This document shows, piece by piece, positions 40,109-53,575 of a stretch of DNA of 64,000 nucleotides; the first letter of the stretch is position 1, and the number at the start of each line of letters is the position of its first letter. The stretch covers positions 32,550,001 to 32,614,000 of the forward strand of contig OZ024750.1 of NCBI GenBank assembly GCA_964016885.1. The letters are read 5' to 3'. A program made the position numbers and the translations under genes. The notes under the pieces were generated by a model, which did not search any database, was not told the origin of the DNA, and saw only the letters and a program-made list of their open reading frames with translations. Source of the DNA: Eledone cirrhosa (Eukaryota).

Positions 40109-41397
40109 GTTTATGTTTGGATACAACAGTTGGATACCTCCTGGTGTCCTGCTTTGAAATGTATTCATTTCTGACATAAAAAGCTCAATGATTAGGAAGC
40201 TATGTTTAGTTTGAACCAATCAGGGAGTGGTTTATGAATAATTTTAGCATTGTGGTGGATACAAATTGGTTTTAGATACACTTTGATTTTAGAAGGAAAA
40301 TATTTTTACATATATTCCTCATCATCATCATCGTTAAATGTCCATCTTTCCCGCTAGCATCGGTTGGACAGTTTTGTCCCACTAGAGGCGAGCTTGGTCT
40401 CGCTCATACAGAACTGTTTCTGGCAGGGTTTTTTTTTTATTGTGGAATGATTTAATAGAAAACTGAACATTTTACAATGCTCAGTTTTTTTTAACAATGA
40501 ATGCTTTTATTAAGGCCATTAACATGATATTATAAACAGAAAGAGAAAAAAGGAAAGAAAAGGGGGGAAAGGGTAAAAAAGAAAGAGAAAAAAACAAAAG
40601 AAAACACACACAAGCAGGTAATACATAGATCTAGGACCACATACAACAAAAGGCAGCTGAAAAGGGGTGGACAAACGAACCACTACCAGAGCAAAAGATA
40701 ACAATATCGCAAGGAGCACTGGGAAACTTATCTAATAATTTTCTAGACAAACCAGCAGGCAGAGTTACTTCAAGTGAAGGTGAGGCTGATGTGCTGGTGG
40801 AACAGCCCATCACCCTCATGACCATCACTAGTTACCTCGGTTAGCCGGGCCGCCAGTGAAAACTGGGGCACTTTTAGAGAGTTTGGAATAAAAAGGGTTA
40901 CATACTAACTCTGCAGACCCTCAAACTGCTGTCATAAAATTGGGGTTTATTAAGACTGATGTGATTATTCTAGCCAGTGTGTGTTTTCTGCTCCTCATCA
41001 ATGACCAACTTGTTTTTTTTCTGTATCTATCAACCACAGAACTTGATTTTCACCAGTGACTTCCTATATTGTATGGCCATTCTTAATTATCATGCAAGTC
41101 ATTCTTAAGTTGCTCCACTGTTAAACTGAGACATATGTCTGTCTTCAAATATCTCTGACTTTGCAGAATTATGTTTTCTATTGATTAAACTTGTGCCACT
41201 GATTACAACAGCACAACTAACTACACTTCCACCAATGAACAAACAACTCAGCCATTAAACCTTTCATTATCATATTTCTAATACACACACACACACACAC
41301 GGACACACACAGGGATACATACATAATCCCCCACATACACACACACAGAAACACATGCACACACAGGGACACATAATCACACACATCCTCACACACA

Positions 41398-41437
<40 letters not shown>

Positions 41438-41624
41438 CATTCATATGCACATTTACACACACGCATTCACACATTAAAGGTGGTCGTGGTGGTAATGGAA
41501 GTAGTAGTAGCAGTAGCAGTAGTAGTAGTAGTAGTAGCAGCAGTAGCAGCAACAGTAGTAGTATGAGCATGAACATCTAAGGTCCTACTACTACTGCTAC
41601 TACTACTTCTACTACTAATAATAA

Positions 41625-41812
41625 TAATTGTTTCTACTTTAGGCACAAGGCCAGCAATTACCCAGTACATTACTGGTACTTTATTCTATCGACACCGGAA
41701 GGATGAAAGGCAAAGTTAACCTCGGCGGGATTTGAACTCAGATCATACAGGGAGGTAACTCTATGCTTCAAAGCATGGCGTCCAACCCTCCACCGATACT
41801 GCCAATCCACCA
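41625..41812 (-). mobile_element. SINE family A copy
   Basis: Reverse complement of the family A consensus, flanked on both sides by ctactactaataataataat. Confidence 0.9.
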
Positions 41813-42420
41813 TCACTACTACTAATAATAATAATAATGCTATTTGAATGATTGGATTCTATTTTAGCTATAACCAATGATTATAATAATGAGGAGGAGG
41901 AGGAGGAGGAGGAGGGTGAGGTGGGAGATAGAGTAGAGGGTTGTTATAATGATGAAGGAAAGGCTACAAAATGAGTCATAGAAAATGAATGCAAAGAAGA
42001 AGAAAATAATGACATAAACATTATCAGCATCCAATATAATAATTAGCTGCAAAGATTAGAATGTTAGGTAACATTTTATAACAATCTTTGTTTAGGTCCT
42101 TTGTTACACCAACACAAAGTAATCTTAGTAAGCAATACAAGGACAAATCGATACCATTGAAGGTAGCCAAATAAGAAATTACCGACTATGTTATCTAGTA
42201 CAACAGTTAGAGAAGATCAAATGTAGGCTGTTTGAAGATAAACCCTCAGGTAATATAATAAGAAACTAGTATCCTCCATTATTGTGTGTGATAATCATAG
42301 CAGGTTAAATTAATATGGAGTCTAACTGTAGGATAAAGATATAATGATTTAATATTGATGTTCTGATCCTAGTAAAGAAGTTTTTCGTTTTTGATCATTT
42401 AAACATCCCGAGGTGAAAAT

Positions 42421-45110
42421 AGATACAGTGTGTAGATATTGTAGTGTGTATATTGATACAGTGTGTATATATTGTAGTGTGTATATTGATACAGTGTGTA
42501 GATATTGTAGTGTGTATATTGATACAGTGTGTAGATATTGTAGTGTGTATATTGATACAGTGTGTAGATATTGTAGTGTGTACATTGATACAGTGTGTAG
42601 ATATTGTAGTGTGTATATTGATACAGTGTGTAGATATTGTAGTGTGTATATTGATACAGTGTGTATATATTGTAGTGTGTATATTGATACAGTGTGTAGA
42701 TATTGTAGTGTGTATATTGATACAGTGTGTAGATATTGTAGTGTGTATATTGATACAGTGTGTAGATATTGTAGTGTGTATATTGATACAGTGTGTAGAT
42801 ATTGTAGTGTGTATATTGATACAGTGTGTAGATATTGTAGTGTGTATATTGATACAGTGTGTAGATATTGTAGTGTGTATATTGATACAGTGTGTAGATA
42901 TTGTAGTGTGTATATTGATACAGTGTGTAGATATTGTAGTGTGTATATTGATACAGTGTGTAGATATTGTAGTGTGTATATTGATACGGTGTGTAGATAT
43001 TGTAGTGTGTACATTGATACAGTGTGTAGATATTGTAGTGTGTATATTGATACAGTGTGTATATATTGTAGTGTGTATATTGATACAGTGTGTAGATATT
43101 GTAGTGTGTATATTGATACAGTGTGTAGATATTGTAGTGTGTATATTGATACAGTGTGTAGATATTGTAGTGTGTATATTGATACAGTGTGTAGATATTG
43201 TAGTGTGTATATTGATACAGTGTGTAGATATTGTAGTGTGTATATTGATACAGTGTGTAGATATTGTAGTGTGTATATTGATACAGTGTGTAGATATTGT
43301 AGTGTGTATATTGATACAGTGTGTAGATATTGTAGTGTGTATATTGATACAGTGTGTAGATATTCTAGTGTGTATATTGATACAGTGTGTAGATATTGTA
43401 GTGTGTATATTGATACAGTGTGTAGATATTGTAGTGTGTACATTGATACAGTGTGTAGATATTGTAGTGTGTATATTGATACAGTGTGTAGATATTGTAG
43501 TGTGTACATTGATACAGTGTGTAGATATTGTAGTGTGTATATTGATACAATGTGTAGATAGTGTAGTGTGTATATTGATACAGTGTGTAGATATTGTAGT
43601 GTGTATATTGATACAGTGTGTATATATTGTAGTGTGTATATTGATACAGTGTGTAGATATTGTAGTGTGTATATTGATACAGTGTATAGATATTGTAGTG
43701 TGTATATTGATACAGTGTGTAGATATTGTAGTGTGTATATTGATACAGTGTGTAGATATTGTAGTGTGTATATTGATACAGTGTGTAGATATTGTAGTGT
43801 GTATATTGATACAGTGTGTAGATATTGTAGTGTGTATATTGATACAGTGTGTAGATATTGTAGTGTGTATATTGATACAGTGTGTAGATATTCTAGTGTG
43901 TATATTGATAGTGTGTAGATATTGTAGTGTGTATATTGATACAGTGTGTAGATATTGTAGTGTGTATATTGATACAATGTGTAGATAGTGTAGTGTGTAT
44001 ATTGATACAGTGTGTAGATATTGTAGTGTGTACATTGATACAGTGTGTAGATATTGTAGTGTGTATATTGATACAGTGTGTAGATATTGTAGTGTGTACA
44101 TTGATACAGTGTGTAGATATTGTAGTGTGTATATTGATACAGTGTGTAGATATTGTAGTGTGTATATTGATACAGTGTGTAGATATTGTAGTGTGTATAT
44201 TGATACAGTGTGTAGATATTGTAGTGTGTATATTGATACAGTGTGTAGATATTGTAGTGTGTATATATTGATACAGTGTGTAGATATTGTAGTGTGTATA
44301 TTGATACAGTGTGTAGATATTGTAGTGTGTATATTGATAGAGTGTGTAGATAGTGTAGTGTGTATATTGATACAGTGTGTAGATATTGTAGTGTGTATAT
44401 TGATACAGTGTGTAGATATTGTAGTGTGTATATTGATACAGTGTGTAGATATTGTAGTGTGTATATTGATACCGTGTGTAGATATTGTAGTGTGTATATT
44501 GATACAGTGTGTAGATATTGTAGTGTGTATATTGATACAGTGTGTAGATATTGTAGTGTGTATATTGATACAGTGTGTAGATATTGTAGTGTGTATATTG
44601 ATACAGTGTGTAGATATTGTAGTGTGTATATTGATACACTGTGTAGATATTGTAGTGTGTATATTGATACAGTGTGTATATATTGTAGTGTGTACATTGA
44701 TACAGTGTGTAGATATTGTAGTGTGTATATTGATACAGTGTGTAGATAATGTAGTGTGTATATTGATACAGTGTGTATATATTGTAGTGTGTACATTGAT
44801 ACAGTGTGTAGATATTGTAGTGTGTATATTGATACAGTGTGTAGATATTGTAGTGTGTATATTGATACAGTGTGTAGATATTGTAGTGTGTATATTGATA
44901 CAGTGTGTAGATATTGTAGTGTGTATATTGATACAGTGTGTAGATATTGTAGTGTGTATATTGATACAGTGTGTAGATATTGTAGTGTGTATATTGATAC
45001 AGTGTGTAGATATTGTAGTGTGTATATTGATACAGTGTGTAGATATTGTAGTGTGTATATTGATACAGTGTGTAGATATCGTAGTGTGTATATTGATACA
45101 GTGTGTAGAT
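42421..45110. repeat. Homogeneous minisatellite, 33 bp unit, about 80 copies
   Basis: gatacagtgtgtagatattgtagtgtgtatatt in tandem, decaying toward 45260. Confidence 0.98.
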
Positions 45111-46777
45111 AGATACCAAGTGTAGATAGAGCGTGTATATATATATAGTGTGTAGATAGATACCATGTGTAAATAGGAAGTGTAGATACAGTGTATAAAT
45201 ACAGAGTGTATATACAGTGTGTAGACACAGTATGTTGGTAGATACAGTGTGTAGAAAGACATAGCATGTATATACAGCTGAACACTATAAAGATTCACTG
45301 TATCATATAATAAACCTTTTTTTTTAGGCTGGATGTTGACATTTCTTTGCGTTTAAAACATTCACTTCACAATTCTATGATCCCTGGTTGAATCTATCTA
45401 CACAGTAAACTAGGTGAGTATCTTATACCATAATCTCAGGTCAATCTAAGACTGGAAGTAAAAGTTGTTCACTTAAAATGATAAGGAAGACCATTGCATG
45501 GTCTGTATATATTCTTGAATGGTAGACATAATTCCTCACTCAGTTTAATACCACCACCTAACAACATGGGATCTTTTAACAGAGTCTGTTGTCATGTTAT
45601 AAGTATTTAAGCCAGGAAGCTATAAAGAGGTATTTATCTGAGCCTCCCACAACCTTGCAAAGTATCATTGGTGTTGCTCTTCCTCCTCTAACTAAAAAAT
45701 AGCAACAGAGCAAGGTATGATATGAAACCCTGGTGTGTGGTTGGAGAAAGTAATGTAATGCACTTGCATAAAGAAACTCTAGCAGAGCCTTTATTAACAC
45801 AATCATTAAAAGTCATCTTTATCTTGATTGCTGTCTTAGTTATCTTAGACTAAGCTCTACACATATTTTCTTATTTGAACATCTCTAGAGCGCAAAAACC
45901 AACAACATGGGAATATAAGATTGAGCTGGAGGCTGAAAATCTTGAGTTCCAATTCACTTCAGAAGTTCTGTTATATATTTCAACAGTACATTTTATTGTA
46001 GATATATTCGTAGACAGAGCTTCCAAGAATATGTAGGTACCAAATTCTGTTTGAATGTTATCTAAAATTACACTTTATTCTAGATAAATTAGAAAACAGG
46101 GAAGCCAAGAATTGGTTGGTACCAAGTTCTTTTTTAACGTCATCTAAAAAGTACTTTATTGTAGATATAATAGTAAATAGAGCTTCCAAGAATTAGTTGG
46201 TACCAAATTCTGTTTGAACGTTAACTAAAAGATTTATCTTTCATCTGCTTCAGGTAAGTAAATTAAGGGTAAGCTTTACAAAAGCCTGTTAGTACAAAAT
46301 AGACTTCATTTTCAATAGATGCTAGAAGCAGTACTATATATGCATTTGGTAGCTGACTAAGCTTTAGAGTGTTTCCTATAGAACAGAAAAGAAAAAAATT
46401 GTTTATAGCTTATTCATCACTTCCATGAGAGAAAATAACAAATAGGAGCATTATTGATGCATAGTATGAACTATGAACATGAAAATCTCATTTCATTTCA
46501 ACCTTTCTCCTGTGAATTATTGCTTTATATATTCAATAATGTTTTGTTTTATTTGAGGTTGGATGTCAATACATTATACATCCACACTAAAGTAGTTAAT
46601 GCTATAAAATATTTCAAGTGAATCTTTTATTTCTCTCATGAAATAATCTCTGTAACTAAAGCAGTTTTGAAATTTTCTAACATGTAAGCTATAAAGTATA
46701 GAAGAATGAATTTTTTTTATTTTATGCACCAAAATGATTGGTCCATGAATTTCATTCTTCATTATTAGGAATAAAGG

Positions 46778-47190
46778 GTAGTGAATTGGCAGTATTGGTA
46801 GAGAGTCAGAGATGCTTCCCAGCGTAGTTACGTCCCTTTACGATCTGAGTTCAAATCCCGCCGAGGTTAACTTTACCTTTCATCCTTACGAGGTCGATAA
46901 AATCAAGTACCAGTAATGTACTGGGTAATTGTTGGCCTTGCGACAAAAGTAGAAACAATTATTAGGAATAAAAGGCAGTGGATTGTCAGTAATCGATAGA
47001 GCGTTGGACAATATGCTTTGCAGCATAGAGTTACATCCCTTTGTGTTCTGAGTTCAAATCCTGCCACGGTTAGCTTTGCCTTTCATCCTTACAGGCTCGA
47101 TGAAATACAGTACCAGAAATATTCTGGGGTCAATTTAATCGACTTTCCCTTCCTTCAAAATTGTTGGCCATGTGCCTAAATCAGAAACCA
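46778..47190 (+). mobile_element. Two head-to-tail SINE family A copies
   Basis: First copy flanked by attattaggaataaa direct repeats. The second copy has the longer tail variant. Confidence 0.88.
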
Positions 47191-48819
47191 TTATCATTAT
47201 GAATAAAGGGGGGTGGAATGGCAGTATCAGTAGATACTGCCTGCCACCAGTGACTTTGTAACTATTTTCTATAGATGAATAAACTGGAGCAACATGAAAC
47301 AAAGTGTCTCTGCTCAAGGGCATAATGCATCACTCAGGCCAAGAATCAAACTTACTACCTCCTGATTGCAAACCCAATGCTCCAACAACTAAGCCAAATG
47401 TATTCACTAACTTTAAAGTTAATGAAATAGTATTTTAATCTATTTAAGCAATTTGCAATGAAGTCAGGAAAATTGTTGTGTTTATTCAAAGATGACCAAG
47501 CTGAAAGTTAATTTTCAACAACAAAGGAATAATTTTCAAACAGCTCATTTAAATAACATCAACTGGAATATCAGTTGGTTAGATGAAACTGAATTGCAGA
47601 TTTGATGCAATAATAGATTGTGTAATTATTCATTTAGTAGGAAGACTTGTAATTGCAAACTTTACAATCTTCTTTAATGATGATGTGTCACTCAAGCTAA
47701 AGTTACAGTACTTAATGAACAAGACAAGCCTGTAAACAGTAATGGTTGCCATGTCCTTACTACAATAATAACTTCATTTAGCAAGACGTAAAGCCAGTTT
47801 GTAAATGAAGTAGGGTAGAATTAGAATAATTAACCTCAGTATGATTATGATAATAATTACCAACGTTTTCTCTTCTTAAAATCAAATTACACAACTGTTT
47901 TCTTAAACATTTGATTTAGTTGTGTATACATCCTTTTAATATATTTATGCATAGCATTTTTTGTAAGTGTAATAGTACATGTCTGACTGTGTGTGTATGT
48001 GCATGCATTCAAATGCTTGAGATTACAAGACATTTAGTGTAGCAACGATGCGTGTGAAGATATATATGTTATACAAAGCTCATGACTGGAACAGACTGTA
48101 GTCTCATAAACAGATTCAATAAAACATTTCTATATTATAAGTGAAAATGTTGACTCTATATATATAAACAAACAAGAACTTGAAAATATTTCTAACTTTT
48201 GATTGGTTGTTGCTAAGGGTTTTAATAACTCTTGAATTCTGGTAACAGGATAAAAGAAATATTTCACCATTATTGCTTCTTTGTCTTTTGAAAACAATAC
48301 ATTAAACAACAAAAGCTTAGCTATTTTACCATTTAAAAAACACAACATTACTATTCAAAAGAATTAAGATATGAGTGTCATTCATCTAAACAAGGATAAA
48401 GATGATTTATAACCACTCTCATAGCCTACATTAATATATAAATGTTTACTATGAATAGAGTGTCTTAAAATAATAGTTTTGGAAAATAAAAATTTAATAG
48501 GCAAAGTCCAATCAAATGAACTAAGTATGTATTATGACAATAAGTAGAGCAATAGATAATACTATTATATGATATAAAGTAAGACAATTGTCATTTCATT
48601 TCTCGACATTATTAAGAATTCAAAATGAGCAGATAAAAATATTTAAAAAAAACAACAATAGCACAAACGCCGACCCAGGGTTTTTAGACCAGAAATATTA
48701 GGACAGGTAAATAAAATAACAGATAACACCAACATCTTTGTTGCCTTCAATTTATACTAAAATCTACTCTCCATTTTGCATTGTCACAACCTTCAAATAA
48801 CAGACTAATTTAAAAAATA

Positions 48820-49470
48820 ATGGTCTCTGATTTAGGCACAAGGCCAGCAATTTGGGGGAAGGAGAAAGTCGATTAAATCAACGCCAGTGCATGACTGGTA
48901 CTTTATTTTGTCAACCACCGTAAGGATAAAAGGAAAAGTTAACCTCAGCGGGATTTGAACTCAGACCGTAAAGGACCGTAACTCTATGTAGCAAAGCATG
49001 GTGTTCAACGCTTTACCTATATTCCCAATCCACTGCCCTTTACTTTAAAAAAATCATCATCATCATCATCATCATTTAACATTCATCTTCCATGCTAGCA
49101 TGGGTTGGACGGTTTTGTCCCACTTGAGGAGATATTGGTCGGGAGACCATGTCTTACTTGTACAGAACTGTTTCTGGCAGGTTGTCTATGGATGGATGTC
49201 CTTCCTAACACCAACCACATTCATAGTGTGGACTCGGAGTCTTTTTACCATGTCACCTACACGACCACTTTACATATATAATAATTGTTTCTACTTTTGG
49301 CACAAGGCCAGCAAATACCCAGTACATTACTGGTACTTTATTTTATTGACTCCGTATGGATGAAAGGCAAAGTTAACCTCGGCGGGATTTGAACTCAGAT
49401 CATAAAGGGACGTATCTATGCTGGAAAGCATGGCGACCGACCCTCTACCGATACTGCCAATTCACTGCCC
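48820..49470 (-). mobile_element. SINE cluster (family A, family C, family A)
   Basis: Copies at about 48820-49038, 49055-49270 and 49282-49470. Confidence 0.85.
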
Positions 49471-50475
49471 TTCTTTACATATATAATAATGATAATGATA
49501 ATCATTCTCGCTGTAAAATCAGTGACACAAAGTTATCTGACTTCTACTAACTGCATATTTATAAGGTAAAACATTGCTGTTGGCTATTGGTAGTGTGTTC
49601 CAGCCATATTGTGTGGAAGTATGTTAGATGGATTGTACCTGTACTTCAAGATTTTAGCCATTGTCTCATTAATTTAACAAGTAGAACACTTAGATGGTCA
49701 AATAACTGGATTCTTACTGGTGAAACCAACACAAGATACTGCATCATTAGCATATATGTGTGTGTGTGTGTGTGTGAATATGTGTGTGTGTGCATGTGCA
49801 TATGTATGTCCGTATGTGTGTGCATATGAATATTTATGTGTATGCTTATGCATATGAATGTATGTGTGTAATTGTATACATATGAATGTATATGTGCCTG
49901 TGTATACAAATGTATATATGAATGTATGCTTGTATGTGTATGATTGTGTGTGTGAGTGTGTGTTAAGTGCATATGAATGTGTGTGTGCATGCTTTTCAAT
50001 GCATGTGTATTTGTGTATCTATGTGAAGTGTTAATACCAATATGAAAACGAGGTCAAGAATCTTCTACTGAATTTATAATATTGAATCTATTTAGAATAG
50101 AATTTGTTTCCACAAACTAAGATGCTTTCAAAAGACTATAATACCTTTGATAAGTATGTTCAATGAGAGCTGACCTCAAGCTAAACACCAACAACAACAA
50201 CACTTATTCCAAGAACAGTACTTGACTCATACTTATTTCATTGACCTCCAAGTATGAAAGACAAACATCACCTCAGTAGAATTTGAGATATTAATTTAAC
50301 AGAACATAACAAAATGTTGCAAATCGGTTTTTTTTTTCGTTTTTTTTCTGCTATTCTTTGACTGAAACTATAGTAGGATTGGTGGCAGAGATGGAATGAT
50401 GGCAGCATTGTAGACTTATTGGTTTTTATTAGTCAAACCTTTATCAAGTTAGTGATTATATTATAGTTCAACTCA

Positions 50476-50612
50476 CTGATGAGCAAACTGCAGCCCATGA
50501 ACTACATGCGGCCCTTTTGGCTTTCTGAATGGCATGCCTAATTTCAAAAGTGTGTTTAATTTTCTAGTAGTGTGGCCTGTCCCAATACTTGAAAAAGTTG
50601 GCCTATGCTTGG
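50476..50612. mobile_element. Possible decayed hAT (Charlie-like) MITE
   Basis: gagcaaactgcagccc...atgcggccc...gtggcc...aaaagttggcctatgcttg resembles the GCAAACTxCGGCCC / AAAGTTxGCC ends of hAT MITEs. Confidence 0.4.
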
Positions 50613-50996
50613 TCTAACCATTGTAGAGTTAGTGATATATAGTCCACACTGTAATGTGGTTGGCATTAGAAAGGACATCCAGCAGTAGAAACCAAGCCAG
50701 AAATATTTCAGAGCAAGACATGGTTAACTAACATGATTTGTTGTGTAATGTGTCAACCTCCCTAACCCTTGCAAGTGGGGGAATAGATATTATACAGTGA
50801 TGCTAATGATGATGATGAAGATGATGATATATAGCAAGTATTTAGGAAAATCAAGATTTATATAAACAAAAATGTTCATATCACATTAAATATATTCTCA
50901 TGCTCAATGCAACAGTTGGGACACATATGTGGTGGTATTTACAATCCAAAACAACAGGGTTTCTGCCTACAGCATAGTTAATCCTCCATGGAATGG

Positions 50997-51047
<51 letters not shown>

Positions 51048-51074
51048 GCTGTGCTAGGGTGAGAAATAAAATTC

Positions 51075-51161
<87 letters not shown>

Positions 51162-53364
51162 TATTGAGACAAATACTCCCCTTGCTGATTTGCAGAGGAA
51201 ATAAAGTACTAAAGCTCTATAGAAAGGCAGCAAATCTTTATGTAATTTGTTCAAAACAAACCTAACATAAATCTATGGAAGCCCAAAATATCAAGTCAAT
51301 GTGAAGAAAGAAGCAAATATTATAAGAGAAAAGCAAACAGTTTTTCTTTGCCATCTCGATACTGTAATAACATTTGCTTTATAAAAAGAATGTGATGGGG
51401 TTAAGTCTAAATGATAGCATTCCTCATTTATTTAGCAAATTATTTAAAAAAGTAAACTCAGAAATTTATTTTATTTTATTTTACTTTTCTTGTATCCATT
51501 TTATTATGTATATTTATTTTTTGTATTTAGTCAATCAAATTAAAAAGACTGTCAAAGCAACAAAGTAATTCTCCAATTAAAAAACTCTTCTACTTCCACC
51601 ATAAAATGGAAAATGGAAAGTTTTTTTGTTTTTTTTTAGTGTGTTTTTTTATTTTTGCTATTCAGATTTCGTATTCTGTATCAGTTATCAATATTTGTAT
51701 GCAAAAGCTGTTTTCTTAAAGAAAGAAACAAATATGTTGAGTGTTTATTTTCACTGGATTCCCTTTGGAAGTAAATTGCATTGCCTGGCTTTTCATTAAT
51801 TCCCAAAACATGCCAATTAAATTTGCACCAAATTTTTTATTATCAAGATTATCCTTAAAGCAGTGTTGTTTTGTTATCAGAGCTTAACATATTTGGTTTA
51901 GCAAAAAATAATGAAAAGTAAACTAAACAGAAGGGGAAAAAATGTGTGTGATAAATTGTCCTCTTCAATTCTATAAAGTATGGCAAACATATCTTTCTTA
52001 AATAATGAAATAGTTATGTTATTTATTTATTATTTATTTGTTGTTGTTGTTGGCATTATGGTTCTTGTTATTGCTATTGTAATGATTCTATCGTAGTTGT
52101 TATCAGTTCGTTTAGATAGTGTTCCTGACAATTATTCTGGTGAGAATAATAAATAGGGCGATATCAATATGAGCTATTGTTGTTTATGGTTTCATTCTAC
52201 ATAAAACAATCAAGTTTTCTGTTTGATATAGAACAAAAGAGTTAAAAGTAAAAAAGTAAAAACACAAAACAAACAACAAATAAACCTACTTTCCAAAGAC
52301 AATGGAAAAATAAACAAAAAATAAAATAGCAAAATATTTTTTTTAAATAGTAAATTTTTCTAGTTTTGAAAAATAAAAATAAAAAGATATAATTTGGAGA
52401 AAAAAAGTAAAAAATAAAAAGGAAAAACTATCGTAAAACAGATACAATATATTTCCTTCAAATTTTGGCCACAAAACTATATAATGAACTTCCTTTATTG
52501 TTCTTGTTTTGGATTGTTTTTTAACTTGTTTTTCCCCCATGAAATGAAGTTAATCAGCATATCCTTCTTAAACATTATTGATTAGAGAGAAAAAACAAAT
52601 AAATAACAGTAATAAGAATAAGAGATGATAATAATACTAATAATATGAACTATATTCTATCAACTAAAGTAATATCAGGTCTTAAAAACAAAGATTTATA
52701 AAAGTTGTAGAAAGTTTGATAGTTTTGTAGATACTGAAAAACTAAATGATGTCTTTAAAGATACTAATGGAAAAATATTTTTTGTAAAATGTTAAGAAGT
52801 TCAGAAATTGCAGCAGCAGCAGCAACAATAACAACCACAGCAAATAATAATTATAAATGAATAAATAAGTAATAATAATAACAACAGTTTCTGATTCAGG
52901 CACAAGGCCAACAATTTTGCGGGAGGGGAATGTCAATTAAATCATTCCAGTACATTACTGGTACTTTATTTTATTGACCACATAAGGATAAAAGGCAAAG
53001 CTAACCTTGGCTGGACTTTAACTCAGAATGGAAAGGGAGGTAATTCTATGCTGCAAAGCTCTACTGATTACTGCAGCTCTACCACCCTGTCTAGGAAAGA
53101 GATAATGATGTGGATCGAGTTATATCCAAAATACTGGAATGATCATGGATGAACGATTTTGATAAGTTTTCACAAGTATATTGGAAGAAATTGTTGGAGG
53201 GGCTTAAGCACTGAAAGGCCCCCCCTAATGCCAGAAGTCTTGTCTCTTCTTATAGCTGCATGGACACTTCAAACCGTATGTAAAAGTCTGGTACATGCTG
53301 GTACAAATTCCTCCTTAAATTGTGAGTGGCAACAATAGGTTTTAGCTTTCACCATCAGAGTTAA

Positions 53365-53575
53365 CTCTTTAGCATTTAAACCGACCGTGTCCAGCCAGAA
53401 TTCTCTCACCTCTTTCTGTTCAAACCAGCTGTAACTGGCCGCTCATACTGATGGTAGGTTATTGTTCTCAAAATAAATAATATCAAAATCTCAGATTCGA
53501 TTTTATGCAAGATAATTATGTGTGGTAAAGCCTTTACTGTGAAAGTATTTATAGAGTAATGTAAATGCTAAAGGA
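53365..53575. mobile_element. piggyBac-like MITE
   Basis: TTAA|ctctttagcattt...aaatgctaaagga|TTAA inverted ends with TTAA flanks. Confidence 0.7.

Noticed and set aside
40631-41200. More complex sequence with short minus-strand ORFs, possible exon or pseudogene
   Set aside because: No recognisable domain, stops in all frames over the longer stretch, and no convincing splice sites. A BLASTX search is needed.
42349-45298. 978-aa and 967-aa ORFs
   Set aside because: They are translations of a 33-bp tandem repeat that is open in most frames on both strands, and indels switch frames freely.
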